Below, in pieces: positions 27,678 to 36,340 of a stretch of DNA of 46,488 nt. The position numbers and the translations under genes were made by a program. Each line of letters begins with the position of its first letter. Position 1 is the first letter of the stretch. This stretch comes from Candidatus Limnocylindrales bacterium (GTDB taxonomy: Bacteria; Chloroflexota; Limnocylindria; Limnocylindrales; CSP1-4): positions 1 through 46,488 of the forward strand of contig DASWGY010000230.1 in NCBI GenBank assembly GCA_036393495.1, given 5' to 3'. A model generated the notes under the pieces. It did not search any database. It saw nothing but the letters and a program-made list of their open reading frames with translations, and had not been told where the DNA came from.

Positions 27678-29090
27678 TCACACGTTGAGGCAGACGACCT
27701 TTGTGGTCGTCATCTCTCGAGCGGCGAAGGGCACGCCCTCGCGACCCAGGCCGGATCCCTTGACCCCACCGAACGGCATCGCATCGATCCGATAGTCGGT
27801 GCTCTCGTTGACGAGGACGGCGCCGGCGTCGACCTCGCGGACGACGCGCATCGCAGCCATGATGTCACGGGTGAAGACACAGGCCTGGAGGGCCTGGTCG
27901 ACCTCGTTGGCCACGGCGATCGCCTCGTCCAGCGAGGCGACCTCGACGATTCCGGCCACTGGCCCGAAGATCTCCTCGCGAGCCAGACGGCTCGTCCGGG
28001 GCAATGCATCGATGAGGGTCGGCGCGATGCTCCGACCGCGACGGCTGCCGCCAACGAGGATGCGGCCGCCGAGGTCCACGGCTTCGGCGATGGTGGCCAT
28101 GATCCGATCCGCAGCCGCATCGCTGATCACCGGCCCGACATCGGTCGCCTCATCGAGCTTGGGCCCGCTGACGAGTCGGGCCGTCCGCTCGACGAGGAGG
28201 CGCCGGAGTGGCTCGGCGGCCCCACGCTGGACGATGATCCGCTGGACGTGAAGGCAGTTCTGACCAGCAGCCCAGAAGGCTCCCGACGTGATGGCCACGG
28301 CGGCGGCCTCGACGTCGGCGTCATCGAGGACGATCGCCGGCGAATTGGCGCCCAGCTCGAGGGCCAGCTTCTTGCGACCGGCGAGGCGAACCACCTGGTC
28401 ACCAATCTCGGGGCCGCCGGTGAACGAGACCATCGCCACCCGGGGATCGCCGACGAGTCGATCGCCGATGGCGGCGCCCCGGCCGGTGACGACCTGGAGG
28501 ATCCCATCCGGGATCCCGGCGGCCCCGAACGCCTCGGCGAGGGCCAGGGCCGAGAGCGGGGTCCGGCTGTGGGGCTTCACGATCACGGCGTTGCCGGCGG
28601 CGATCGCCGGCCCGACCTTGTGGGCGACGAGGTTCAGGGGATCATTGAACGGCGTGATCGCGACGATGACGCCAATCGGCTGGCGGATCCAGTAGCCGAC
28701 CTTGTCCTCGCTCCCGGCACGCTGGTCGAACGCCAGGGTCTCGCCATGGAGCCGTCGCGACTCCTCGGCCGAGAGACGGAGGGTCTCGATGCAGCGTCCG
28801 ACCTCGGCGCGGGCCTCTCGGATCGTCTTGATGCCTTCCCGGGCGATCGTCGTGGCGAAGGAGGCGCTCCGGGCCTCGACCTCGGCCGCGGCCCCGTTGA
28901 GGATCGCCATTCGGCGATGGACGGGCAGGGACCGGGAGCGCCGAGCCCCGTCGACCGCCGTCGCGAGGGCACGCTCGACGTCGGCGGGCGACGCGCTCGG
29001 GACGCGCCCAACGACGCTGTCGTCATCGGGGTCATGGACCTCGAGGAACGCGGGCTGGACCGCAGGCGCCCGCCCGAGGACCACGTGCAT
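27678..29090 (-). CDS. NAD(P)+-dependent aldehyde dehydrogenase
   Basis: Start trimmed to the ATG at 29090 after GGGAGG. It has LELGANSPAIV (catalytic Glu region), AGQNCLHVQR (catalytic Cys) and FGGVKGSGLGREG. Confidence 0.88.
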   Translation of the reverse strand: MHVVLGRAPAVQPAFLEVHDPDDDSVVGRVPSASPADVERALATAVDGARRSRSLPVHRRMAILNGAAAEVEARSASFATTIAREGIKTIREARAEVGRCIETLRLSAEESRRLHGETLAFDQRAGSEDKVGYWIRQPIGVIVAITPFNDPLNLVAHKVGPAIAAGNAVIVKPHSRTPLSALALAEAFGAAGIPDGILQVVTGRGAAIGDRLVGDPRVAMVSFTGGPEIGDQVVRLAGRKKLALELGANSPAIVLDDADVEAAAVAITSGAFWAAGQNCLHVQRIIVQRGAAEPLRRLLVERTARLVSGPKLDEATDVGPVISDAAADRIMATIAEAVDLGGRILVGGSRRGRSIAPTLIDALPRTSRLAREEIFGPVAGIVEVASLDEAIAVANEVDQALQACVFTRDIMAAMRVVREVDAGAVLVNESTDYRIDAMPFGGVKGSGLGREGVPFAAREMTTTKVVCLNV

Positions 29091-29129
29091 CCGGTTGCCT
29101 CCCAACGGTAGGATGTCGGCAGTATGATG

Positions 29130-29141
29130 ATTGTCAACAGT
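29130..29141. promoter_or_regulatory. island operator ATTGTCAACAGT in the divergent ALDH / MFS intergenic region
   Basis: It is the exact reverse complement of the 20502-20513 12-mer. It is followed by TTTACGC, which also occurs at 34111-34117. Confidence 0.45.
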
Positions 29142-29176
29142 TTACGCAAGACTCGGGGGTGGAGGGAATTCGACGG

Positions 29177-30397
29177 GTGGCGCTGACGCGGTGGTACCCG
29201 TCGCTCGGCCCCGGGACGTATCGGCGCGTCTGGTCGGGCATCGTCCCGTATCACTTCGCCTTCCAGATCGGGATCGTCGCCACGGGAACGGCCGCGGTCG
29301 CCCTGTCGAGCTCGGCCCTCGAGGTCGGCCTGATGGTCGGCGCCTGGGGTCTGCCGATCCTCATCCTGCCGCCGTTCGGCGGGGTCGCGGCCGACCGCTT
29401 CTCGCGCCGCCGCACGATGGTCGCGGCCCAGGTGATCCTCGGCCTGGGGGCCCTCGCCGTGGGCATCCTGGCGCTGGCCGGCCTGCTCGGTGTCTGGCAC
29501 GTCATTGTCCTCGGCCTGGCCCAGGGCGGCGTCTACGCGTTCTTCGCCCCGGCCCGGACGGCCTACACCGCCGCCGCGGTGGACCGAGTGATCGTGCCGA
29601 ACGCGATCGCGGCCTACAGCCTGAGCGAGCAGATCGGGGCGGTCGTCGGGCCGGTGCTCGGCGGACTCCTCGTCGCGGTTCCGGTCATCGGCTACGGCTG
29701 GGCGTTCGTGCTCATCGCACTGATGCACCTCATGATCCTGGCGATCTTCCAGGGGCTGCCCGAGCAGTCACAGCCGGGTGCGACGAACGGCGAGACCGTC
29801 GTTGCGAGGATCCGGGCGGGGATCCGCTTCGCCCGGGCGACCCCGAGCCTGCGCGTCGTGCTGGTCGTATCGGCGATCGCGATGCTCCTGGGGATGCCCT
29901 TCCGCCAGCTCCTCCCGGTCTTCTCCGAGCGTGTATTCGAGGCCGGGCCGGCCGGCCTCGGCCTGCTGCTCGGGGCCGCAGGATTCGGGGCGATCGCGGG
30001 GGCGATCGGGGCCTCGCAGATCCGTGGCGGCGTTGGGCTGTGGCGCTGGTCCGGGGTCCTCGGCACCGCGTTTGGGCTGGGCGTGGTGGCGTTTGCGCTG
30101 TCGCCGACGTTCGCGGTCGGCGTCGCCCTCGTGGCCGTCGCCGGAGCCGCCACGGCCGCGTTCACGACGATCAACTCGGCGATCGTCGCGAGCATTCCTG
30201 ACCCGGCCTTCTTCGGTCGGGCGGCGAGCCTGTACCAGCTGACCTTCGCCCTCGGTCCGCTCGGCGCAATCCCGATCGCGGCCCTCGCCGACCAGATCGG
30301 TGCGCCGGGAGCGGTCGCGGCCGGAGGGCTGCTCCTCGCGCTCCTGGCACCGTTCGTCGCCCGGCACCTTGGCCGAGAAAGGAGCTTGACCTCGTGA
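29177..30397 (+). CDS. MFS transporter
   Basis: 12-TM hydrophobic profile. I prefer the GTG at 29177, which lies 10 nt after GGAGGG. The track start at 29159 is also possible. Confidence 0.8.
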   Translation: MALTRWYPSLGPGTYRRVWSGIVPYHFAFQIGIVATGTAAVALSSSALEVGLMVGAWGLPILILPPFGGVAADRFSRRRTMVAAQVILGLGALAVGILALAGLLGVWHVIVLGLAQGGVYAFFAPARTAYTAAAVDRVIVPNAIAAYSLSEQIGAVVGPVLGGLLVAVPVIGYGWAFVLIALMHLMILAIFQGLPEQSQPGATNGETVVARIRAGIRFARATPSLRVVLVVSAIAMLLGMPFRQLLPVFSERVFEAGPAGLGLLLGAAGFGAIAGAIGASQIRGGVGLWRWSGVLGTAFGLGVVAFALSPTFAVGVALVAVAGAATAAFTTINSAIVASIPDPAFFGRAASLYQLTFALGPLGAIPIAALADQIGAPGAVAAGGLLLALLAPFVARHLGRERSLTS

Positions 30398-31011
30398 TCG
30401 CCACCCCGGCGTACACGATTCGACCCGCCTCGGCGGCCGACCTTCCGGCGGCCAAGGCCCTCATGCGGCGGACCGTCGAGGAGGACTTCGGGACGCCGTA
30501 CGACCCGGCCTACCACCGCGACATCGACGACCTCGCCGGCTTCTATCTCGCGCCGCCCCGGCACCGGCTGTTCGTGGCCATCGACGCGGGCTCCGGCGCG
30601 CTCATCGGAACCGGCGGCATCCGGGTCGGCCGCCTCCGGGGCGGGCCAGAGCATCTTGTCCGCCGCTACGCCGGCGATGACACCGCCCAGCTCGTGCGGA
30701 TCTACGTCGGCCGCGAGCACCGCCGGCGGGGAATCGCCCGGGCGATCGTCCAGGCCTGCCTCGCCTTCGCCCTCGACGAAGGCGGCTACTCGATCATCGC
30801 CCTCCACACCTTCCCGCATTCGCCCGGGGCCTTGCCGTTCTGGCAGTCGATGGCCACCCAGGTCGGCTACCAGGAGCGCTCGCAGATCCCGCCCGAGGCG
30901 TTCTTCGAGATCGAGGTGGAGGCGGCCAGACGGATCGTGGCCGGTGAGTGGTCCGCGCGATCGGCGCCGGAATCGCCGGCCCCGGCGGCGCCAGGAACGT
31001 TGCCTGGCTAG
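30394..31011 (+). CDS. GNAT-family N-acetyltransferase
   Basis: 205 aa with a GTGA overlap with the MFS stop. It has the VGREHRRRGIARAIV acetyl-CoA-binding motif (Q/RxxGxG/A). Confidence 0.75.
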   Translation: MIATPAYTIRPASAADLPAAKALMRRTVEEDFGTPYDPAYHRDIDDLAGFYLAPPRHRLFVAIDAGSGALIGTGGIRVGRLRGGPEHLVRRYAGDDTAQLVRIYVGREHRRRGIARAIVQACLAFALDEGGYSIIALHTFPHSPGALPFWQSMATQVGYQERSQIPPEAFFEIEVEAARRIVAGEWSARSAPESPAPAAPGTLPG

Positions 31012-32183
31012 CGCGAGATCGTGGCCGACGAGGCCGTCTCGGTTGCGTCAACCCAGCGGCCGCCGCCGTCGAAGCGGCTGGCGTGGAAGGGCGACAGGTC
31101 GAACTCGCTGGCGCCCGTCGTCACGAGCTCCGCGAGCGCCCGTCCGATGGCCGGGGCGGTCTTGAAGCAGGTGCCGCTGTCGCCGACGAGACCGAGCAGC
31201 CCGTCGTAGCCGGCGAATGGCCCGATCACCGGGCGGCTGTCGATGGACCGCATCACGAGGCCCGTCCAGCCGCCGCGGCCCACGGCGCGGCGCATGACCG
31301 GGTAGCGGAGCGAGAGCTGCTCATGGCACAGCTCCACGTACGCCTGGTCGATCGTCTCGTCGAGCCGGTCCGGATCATCGACCTCGCGGCGGACGCCCCA
31401 CTCGGCACCCAGGAGGGTGTGCTCACCGAAGATCGGCCGGATCCAAAGCCCGTTGCGGTGGTCGATCGCGACGGGGTGGCGCTTGTCGCGGTCATGGGGC
31501 CAGCGGAAGACGGCGATTCGTGAGGTCGCCGGGACCATCGGCAAGTCGATCCCGAGGGGCCGGAGGAGGGCATGGGCCCAGCCGCCCGGGGCAATCACGA
31601 CATGGTCGCCATCGATATCGCCGGCCGTCGTGGCGACGCCGGTCACGCGCCCGCCGGCGTGGCGGATCGCGGTGACGGTCGTGTCCAGGCGGATCTCGAT
31701 GCCGAGCCGTTCGAGCACCGTCGCGAAGGCGTTGCAGGCCGCCATCCCGTCGACGACGCCGGCCGTCGGGTCGTAGCCCACGACCGCACCGTCCTCCACG
31801 CTCACGGAGCCGTCGATGTCGCGGAGATCGTCCGCGCTCACGATCCGGGCGGGGATCCCGAGCGACCGCTGGATCGCGAGGTTCGCCTCGAGCGCCGCCG
31901 TGTCGCCCGGGTCGGCAAACACCAGCTGACCGGTTTCGACGAACTGGCAGGCCACGCCGACTCGGTCCTCGAACGCCCGGAAGAACTCCAGCCCCTCGAG
32001 GGCCAGGCGTGTCTCGGGCTCATTCGAATAGTGCGTTCGGATGATCGCGCCGGACTTGCCCGACGCGCCGGCGCCGACGTGGCGGCGCTCGACGATGGTG
32101 ACGTCGCGGACGCCGCGCTGGACGAGCTGGAACGCTGTCGAGAGGCCGACGATGCCGGCCCCGACGATCACGACCTCAGGCAC
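31008..32183 (-). CDS. FAD-dependent oxidoreductase (DAO / sarcosine-oxidase-beta-like), paralog C
   Basis: Start trimmed to the GTG at 32183, so the Rossmann motif VVIVGAGIVGLSTA sits at the N-terminus. The start overlaps the P450 stop (GTGCCTGA). Confidence 0.8.
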   Translation of the reverse strand: MPEVVIVGAGIVGLSTAFQLVQRGVRDVTIVERRHVGAGASGKSGAIIRTHYSNEPETRLALEGLEFFRAFEDRVGVACQFVETGQLVFADPGDTAALEANLAIQRSLGIPARIVSADDLRDIDGSVSVEDGAVVGYDPTAGVVDGMAACNAFATVLERLGIEIRLDTTVTAIRHAGGRVTGVATTAGDIDGDHVVIAPGGWAHALLRPLGIDLPMVPATSRIAVFRWPHDRDKRHPVAIDHRNGLWIRPIFGEHTLLGAEWGVRREVDDPDRLDETIDQAYVELCHEQLSLRYPVMRRAVGRGGWTGLVMRSIDSRPVIGPFAGYDGLLGLVGDSGTCFKTAPAIGRALAELVTTGASEFDLSPFHASRFDGGGRWVDATETASSATISR

Positions 32184-33441
32184 GGGCGCGGGTCGCGTCG
32201 AAGATGACCGGGAAGGACATGAACGAGTAGCGCTCGCCCCGGTCATCCAGGGTCGGCGATCGATCGGGGTCGCGCCGCACCCCGCGGCGCGCGGTCTCCT
32301 GGACCATCAGCGCGACCTGGCCGTACAGGTGGTCGTCACGGGGCTGAAGGTCGCTCGGGACCGGGAGCCCGGCGGCCGACGACCGGCCCGGGCAGAGGTG
32401 CGGCCCGAATCCGAACGAGAGGCCCCAGCGGGGTACGCCCTCGCGGAGCTCGCGGTCGGGGTTGAACTCGTTCGCATCCGGACCGAAGAGCTCCTCGCTG
32501 CGGTTCGCCGTCCGGACGTCGAGCACGATCATCGTGTCGGCCGGGATGGAGACGCCTCCGATCTCGACGTCGGCCTCGGCGCGCCGCTTCATGCGCTCGG
32601 TCACGGGCCGCAACCGCAGGGTCTCGTGGATGCACCGGGCGACATACAGCCGATCGTCGACGATGCGGCGGCGCTCTGCCTCGTCCGCCTCCATCCGCGG
32701 GAGGAGGTAGTCGAGCGTGTGCAGGAGGGTCTGCGAGCTCGTGTGCGTACCGCCCTGGAGGTAGGTCGCCACTTCCCGCACGATCCGGCCGTCGTCCTCG
32801 AGCTGCAGCGCCGGGTCGTCGCGGTGGACCAGCAATGTCGTGAGGACGTCCTGGTGGGCGATCGACTCGAGCGTCCCGGCCTGCCGATGGGCCTCGATCG
32901 CTTCGAGGCGGCGAACCCAGGCCGGCCGCACGAAGTCTCGCTCGAATTCCTCGAGCGCGTTACGAACCTTCTTCCGCGCTGCCTCGGGATCCTTCATCTC
33001 GAGGAGGCTCGGACCGAGGCCGTTGGAGATGACGTCGACGATCGCGATGACCTGGCGGAGCTGGCCGACATCGTGGTGATCGACGTCGAAGCCCGCCCGC
33101 TTCGCGGCGAGGACGACGGCGATCAGCGGCGCGACCGAGGCGAGGTCGACCTGACCGGCCGGGGCATGCCGGTCGAGCATCTCTGTCAACAGTGTCGGGA
33201 ACAGGACGCGCTCGTGCTCACGGAGGCGTTCGGTTCGGAACTGTGTGTTTTCCACGCGCCGGCGCGCGCGCTGGAGCTCGCCATGCGCCGTGCTCACGGT
33301 GCCGTCGCCGGTGTTGCCCTCCGCGTAGGACCGCCTGTCGAAGCGGCGCGAGAGCTGCGGGTGCGCGAGGGCGTCACGGATGTCCTCGTACCTGGTGAAG
33401 ACGACCTGGGGGGCCGCCATCGTCATGACGTCGAGGGTCAT
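32176..33441 (-). CDS. cytochrome P450
   Basis: Start trimmed to the ATG at 33441 (ATGA overlap with the ferredoxin stop). It has the heme loop FGFGPHLCPG, the ExxR motif ETLRLRP, and an I-helix region YLQGGTHTSSQT. Confidence 0.85.
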   Translation of the reverse strand: MTLDVMTMAAPQVVFTRYEDIRDALAHPQLSRRFDRRSYAEGNTGDGTVSTAHGELQRARRRVENTQFRTERLREHERVLFPTLLTEMLDRHAPAGQVDLASVAPLIAVVLAAKRAGFDVDHHDVGQLRQVIAIVDVISNGLGPSLLEMKDPEAARKKVRNALEEFERDFVRPAWVRRLEAIEAHRQAGTLESIAHQDVLTTLLVHRDDPALQLEDDGRIVREVATYLQGGTHTSSQTLLHTLDYLLPRMEADEAERRRIVDDRLYVARCIHETLRLRPVTERMKRRAEADVEIGGVSIPADTMIVLDVRTANRSEELFGPDANEFNPDRELREGVPRWGLSFGFGPHLCPGRSSAAGLPVPSDLQPRDDHLYGQVALMVQETARRGVRRDPDRSPTLDDRGERYSFMSFPVIFDATRARA

Positions 33442-33695
33442 GAGCCCGCCGTCGTCGCGCCGAGAGCGTCGGGCCACCCCGCCGTCACGAGCACGATCGC
33501 CTCGACCGGACACGCTGCCGCCGCCTCGCGCAGGAGGGTGGGGTCCGTCGCCGCGGCGCCCGGCAGGACCTCCGAGATGAAATCCCGGTCGCTGACTCGG
33601 AAGGCCAGCGGAGCGAGCCGCGCACAGTCGCCCGTGCCGATGCAAAGGTCGCGATCGACGCCGACGGGCAGCGGCTCGGGCGCGGTGTCGCCCAT
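33438..33695 (-). CDS. small [3Fe-4S]-type ferredoxin
   Basis: 85 aa with CIGTGDC...CPVEAI. This is the Cx5C...CP pattern of actinobacterial P450-associated ferredoxins. Confidence 0.75.
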   Translation of the reverse strand: MGDTAPEPLPVGVDRDLCIGTGDCARLAPLAFRVSDRDFISEVLPGAAATDPTLLREAAAACPVEAIVLVTAGWPDALGATTAGS

Positions 33696-34036
33696 CAGTC
33701 GTGGGTGTGTCCGCGAGACATGACGAGGACGTACGAACCCGCCTCGAGCGCTCGCATGCTACGCGTCGTCCCGCGCGGGATCGTGTAGCTGTCACCGGCT
33801 CGCAGGACCTCGGTCCGACCGCCGATCGTCACCTCGAACGCCCCCGACACGATGAAGTTCGCCGTGTCCCATTCGTGGGCGTGGTCCCCGACGGTCTCGT
33901 GGTCCTTGTCCCAGAAGTACTCGGTGGCGCTGAGTGTGCTCGAGTCGGCGATGACTCGCTTCACGACCCCGTCCTTGACCGGCTGCGTGGAGGTCTCCCG
34001 AGCCAGCGTGATCCGGCTGGGGGCTTCGGTACTCAT
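33695..34036 (-). CDS. cupin-domain protein
   Basis: Start trimmed to the ATG at 34036 after GGGAGGA. It has GDHAHEWDTANFIVSG....G.......GDSYTIP, matching cupin motifs 1 and 2. The stop overlaps the ferredoxin start by 1 nt. Confidence 0.65.
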   Translation of the reverse strand: MSTEAPSRITLARETSTQPVKDGVVKRVIADSSTLSATEYFWDKDHETVGDHAHEWDTANFIVSGAFEVTIGGRTEVLRAGDSYTIPRGTTRSMRALEAGSYVLVMSRGHTHD

Positions 34037-34119
34037 GGGTGGCGTCCTCCCTCGGCTGGCACCGTCGCGGGGGACGGCCGCGGCTGCCCGCACTGCACGC
34101 GCCTGTCCAGTTTACGCCG

Positions 34120-34159
34120 ACTGTTGATTGTTCACAATCTGCGCGGTCACGGGTATCCT
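34120..34159 (+). promoter_or_regulatory. candidate promoter (-35 TTCACA 34131-34136, 17 nt, -10 TATCCT 34154-34159) overlapped by ACTGTTGATTGT and the perfect palindrome ATTGTTCACAAT
   Basis: ATTGT-TC-ACAAT at 34127-34138 is a perfect inverted repeat. On the opposite strand, TTGTGA-17-TAAACT could serve the cupin operon. Confidence 0.5.
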
Positions 34160-34195
34160 TTGGCTTCACCCGGCATCGGCCGGTGGAGGAGGAGC

Positions 34196-35362
34196 ATGAC
34201 TGCACGGACGATCGTCGTCGGCGCCGGTGTGCTCGGCCTGTCGGTGGCCGAGCGCCTCGCGGCGAAGGGCGCGGCGGTGACCCTCGTCGATCGCGGCCAG
34301 CCGGGTGGCGGCACGTCGCGCACCAGCATGGCCTGGCTCAACAGCAACGGCAAGCTCCCGCTGAGCTACCACCAACTCAACGTCGAGGGCGTCAAGCGCT
34401 ACCGCGAGCTGGTTGGGACGCCTGGAACGGCAGCCTGGCTGCACCTCGATGGGCGGATCGAGTGGGGCGTCGGCGCCGACGAGGTGCAGTCGATCGAGGC
34501 CAGGGTTGCGGCCTTGCGAGACCTGGACTACCCGGTCGAGGCGATCACCCCGGGGGCGACGCGGCGCCTCGAGCCCGACCTGAGGGTCCCCGATGCGGCT
34601 GCGGTCACGTTCTGGCCCTCCGAGGGATTCGTGGTTCCGCCGGTCTACCTCGAGTGGCTGCTTGCCCGAGGCCGCTCCCGCGGTGTGGAGGTCCTGGCGG
34701 ATCGTGCGGTCAGCGGGTTCGCGGTCGAGGGTGGAGCGGTCCGGGCGGTCCGATTCGCCGACGGCTCAGGGCTCCCCGCAGATCTCGTCGTCAGCTGCGT
34801 CGGGCGCTGGACCGAGACACTCCTCCGCAGTGTCGGCGTCCACATCCCGATGCTGCCGCCGATCGAGGGAGGCGCGGTGCTGGCACCGCTCGGCTACTCC
34901 ACGCCGGTAGCGACACGTCTCACCAGGATGGTCTCCACGGCATCGCTCAGCGTGCGGCCCGACGGCCCGGCCGGGCGCTACCTGCTCCACGGCCACCGCC
35001 TGGACCAGATCGTCGCGCCGGGGAGCCGGCCCGAGCCGGACGGTGAGCTCGGTGGCGAGATCCTCGCTCTCGGCCGCGCGATGCTCGTCGGATTTGACCG
35101 CGCCGGGCTCGCGGAGCTCCGACTCGGCTACCGGGCGGTCCCGGCCGACCGAGTCGCGGTCGCCGGCTGGGCACCCGGCATCGAAGGCCTCTACGTGGTC
35201 GCCACGCACAGTGGCTATACCCTCGCCCTGCACCTCGGCGAGCTCGTCGCGCGGGAGGTGGCCGAGGCCCACGAGGAGCCGACGCTCGCCGACTTCCGGC
35301 CGGACCGCTTCGCGACGGAGCCCCTCGCCACCACCCCCGTCGAAGTTCGTCCGGTCCATTGA
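34196..35362 (+). CDS. FAD-dependent oxidoreductase (DAO family), paralog D
   Basis: Start trimmed to the ATG at 34196 after GGAGGAGGAG. It has TIVVGAGVLGLSVAERL and GGGTSRTSMAW. Confidence 0.8.
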   Translation: MTARTIVVGAGVLGLSVAERLAAKGAAVTLVDRGQPGGGTSRTSMAWLNSNGKLPLSYHQLNVEGVKRYRELVGTPGTAAWLHLDGRIEWGVGADEVQSIEARVAALRDLDYPVEAITPGATRRLEPDLRVPDAAAVTFWPSEGFVVPPVYLEWLLARGRSRGVEVLADRAVSGFAVEGGAVRAVRFADGSGLPADLVVSCVGRWTETLLRSVGVHIPMLPPIEGGAVLAPLGYSTPVATRLTRMVSTASLSVRPDGPAGRYLLHGHRLDQIVAPGSRPEPDGELGGEILALGRAMLVGFDRAGLAELRLGYRAVPADRVAVAGWAPGIEGLYVVATHSGYTLALHLGELVAREVAEAHEEPTLADFRPDRFATEPLATTPVEVRPVH

Positions 35363-35430
35363 CGCCCCGCGGAGATCCTGCAACAATGAGCCGGCTGATA
35401 CTCCCCAGGAGTATGTGGGACGGAGGTGAC

Positions 35431-35739
35431 ATGATCGAGTCGTGGGCCGCCATCGACGCCTCGCCGCCGTCCGAAGGGACGATGACCGCGGTTGACGTTG
35501 ACGGGACGTACGTGGCCCTCGGGATGCTCGGCGGCACGCTCGTTGCCTTTGACGAGACGTGCTCCCATCGGGCCTGTCCGCTGTCGGACGGCGTCCTCGC
35601 CGACGACTCGATCACCTGCCCCTGCCACAAGAGTCGCTTCGATCTCCGGACCGGCGTCCCGATCAACGGGCCGGCCGTCGAGCCGATCAGGATCCGCCAG
35701 GTCCGCCAGGACAGTGGCCACATCTACGTCGAGCGATAG
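35431..35739 (+). CDS. Rieske [2Fe-2S] domain protein (NirD/ferredoxin-subunit-like)
   Basis: Start trimmed to the ATG at 35431 after GGAGGTG. It has CSHRACPL...CPCHKSRF, which is the CxH...CxxH Rieske motif. Confidence 0.8.
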   Translation: MIESWAAIDASPPSEGTMTAVDVDGTYVALGMLGGTLVAFDETCSHRACPLSDGVLADDSITCPCHKSRFDLRTGVPINGPAVEPIRIRQVRQDSGHIYVER

Positions 35740-35761
35740 GACGCTCGGATAGGAGGACATC

Positions 35762-36310
35762 GTGAACCTGAACCTGCAGATCGCCCCCCGCCCGAACGAC
35801 TCGCTGATCGCGAGCTACAACTGTCCGTGCGGCTGCAACCCCCGGGTCAGCTACGCGCGCGGCAGCGAGGCCCTCACCGACGACTGCTGCTGCGGCAACC
35901 AGTTCGCCGTCGGCCCGAATGCGTCGGCGGCCCTGCCGGCCTCGTCGGATCGTCGCGAGCAGGTGGCGTTCGATGCCCCGTGGGGCGGCCAGCTCGAGGC
36001 GGCCTGGAAGCTCGTCATGGTCGGGAGCGAGCCGGAGGGCGACCACGGCCACGGCCACGACCACGGCCACGACCACGGCCACGACCACGGTCACGAACAC
36101 GGCGACCACCACGGCAACGGCGGCGCCAAGGCGACGTCGGCGACGGACCCGGTCTGCGGCATGACGGTGGACATCGCGACCGCGACCGCGAAGGACCTCT
36201 CGGCGGAGCACGGCGGCACGACGTACTACTTCTGCGGCAAGGGCTGCAAGCTCGAGTTCGGTGACGATCCCGCGAAGTACCTCGACCCCACGTACGTCCC
36301 CTCGATGTAG
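35762..36310 (+). CDS. three-module metal-binding protein: N-terminal Cys-rich domain, (D/G/E)H repeat linker, C-terminal YHS/TRASH domain
   Basis: GTG start after AGGAGG. It has NCPCGCNP...DDCCCGNQF, then GDHGHGHDHGHDHGHDHGHEHGDHHGNGG, then DPVCGMTVD...YYFCGKGCKLEF. Confidence 0.75.
   Translation: MNLNLQIAPRPNDSLIASYNCPCGCNPRVSYARGSEALTDDCCCGNQFAVGPNASAALPASSDRREQVAFDAPWGGQLEAAWKLVMVGSEPEGDHGHGHDHGHDHGHDHGHEHGDHHGNGGAKATSATDPVCGMTVDIATATAKDLSAEHGGTTYYFCGKGCKLEFGDDPAKYLDPTYVPSM
36041..36115 (+). repeat. in-frame tandem repeat of ~12 nt (GACCACGGCCAC) encoding the (DH/GH)n tract
   Basis: The sequence gaccacggccacggccacgaccacggccacgaccacggccacgaccacggtcacgaacacggcgaccaccac is read directly from the window. 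Confidence 0.8.
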
Positions 36311-36340
36311 GGGCATCCCCCCACAACCCGGGCCAGGACC

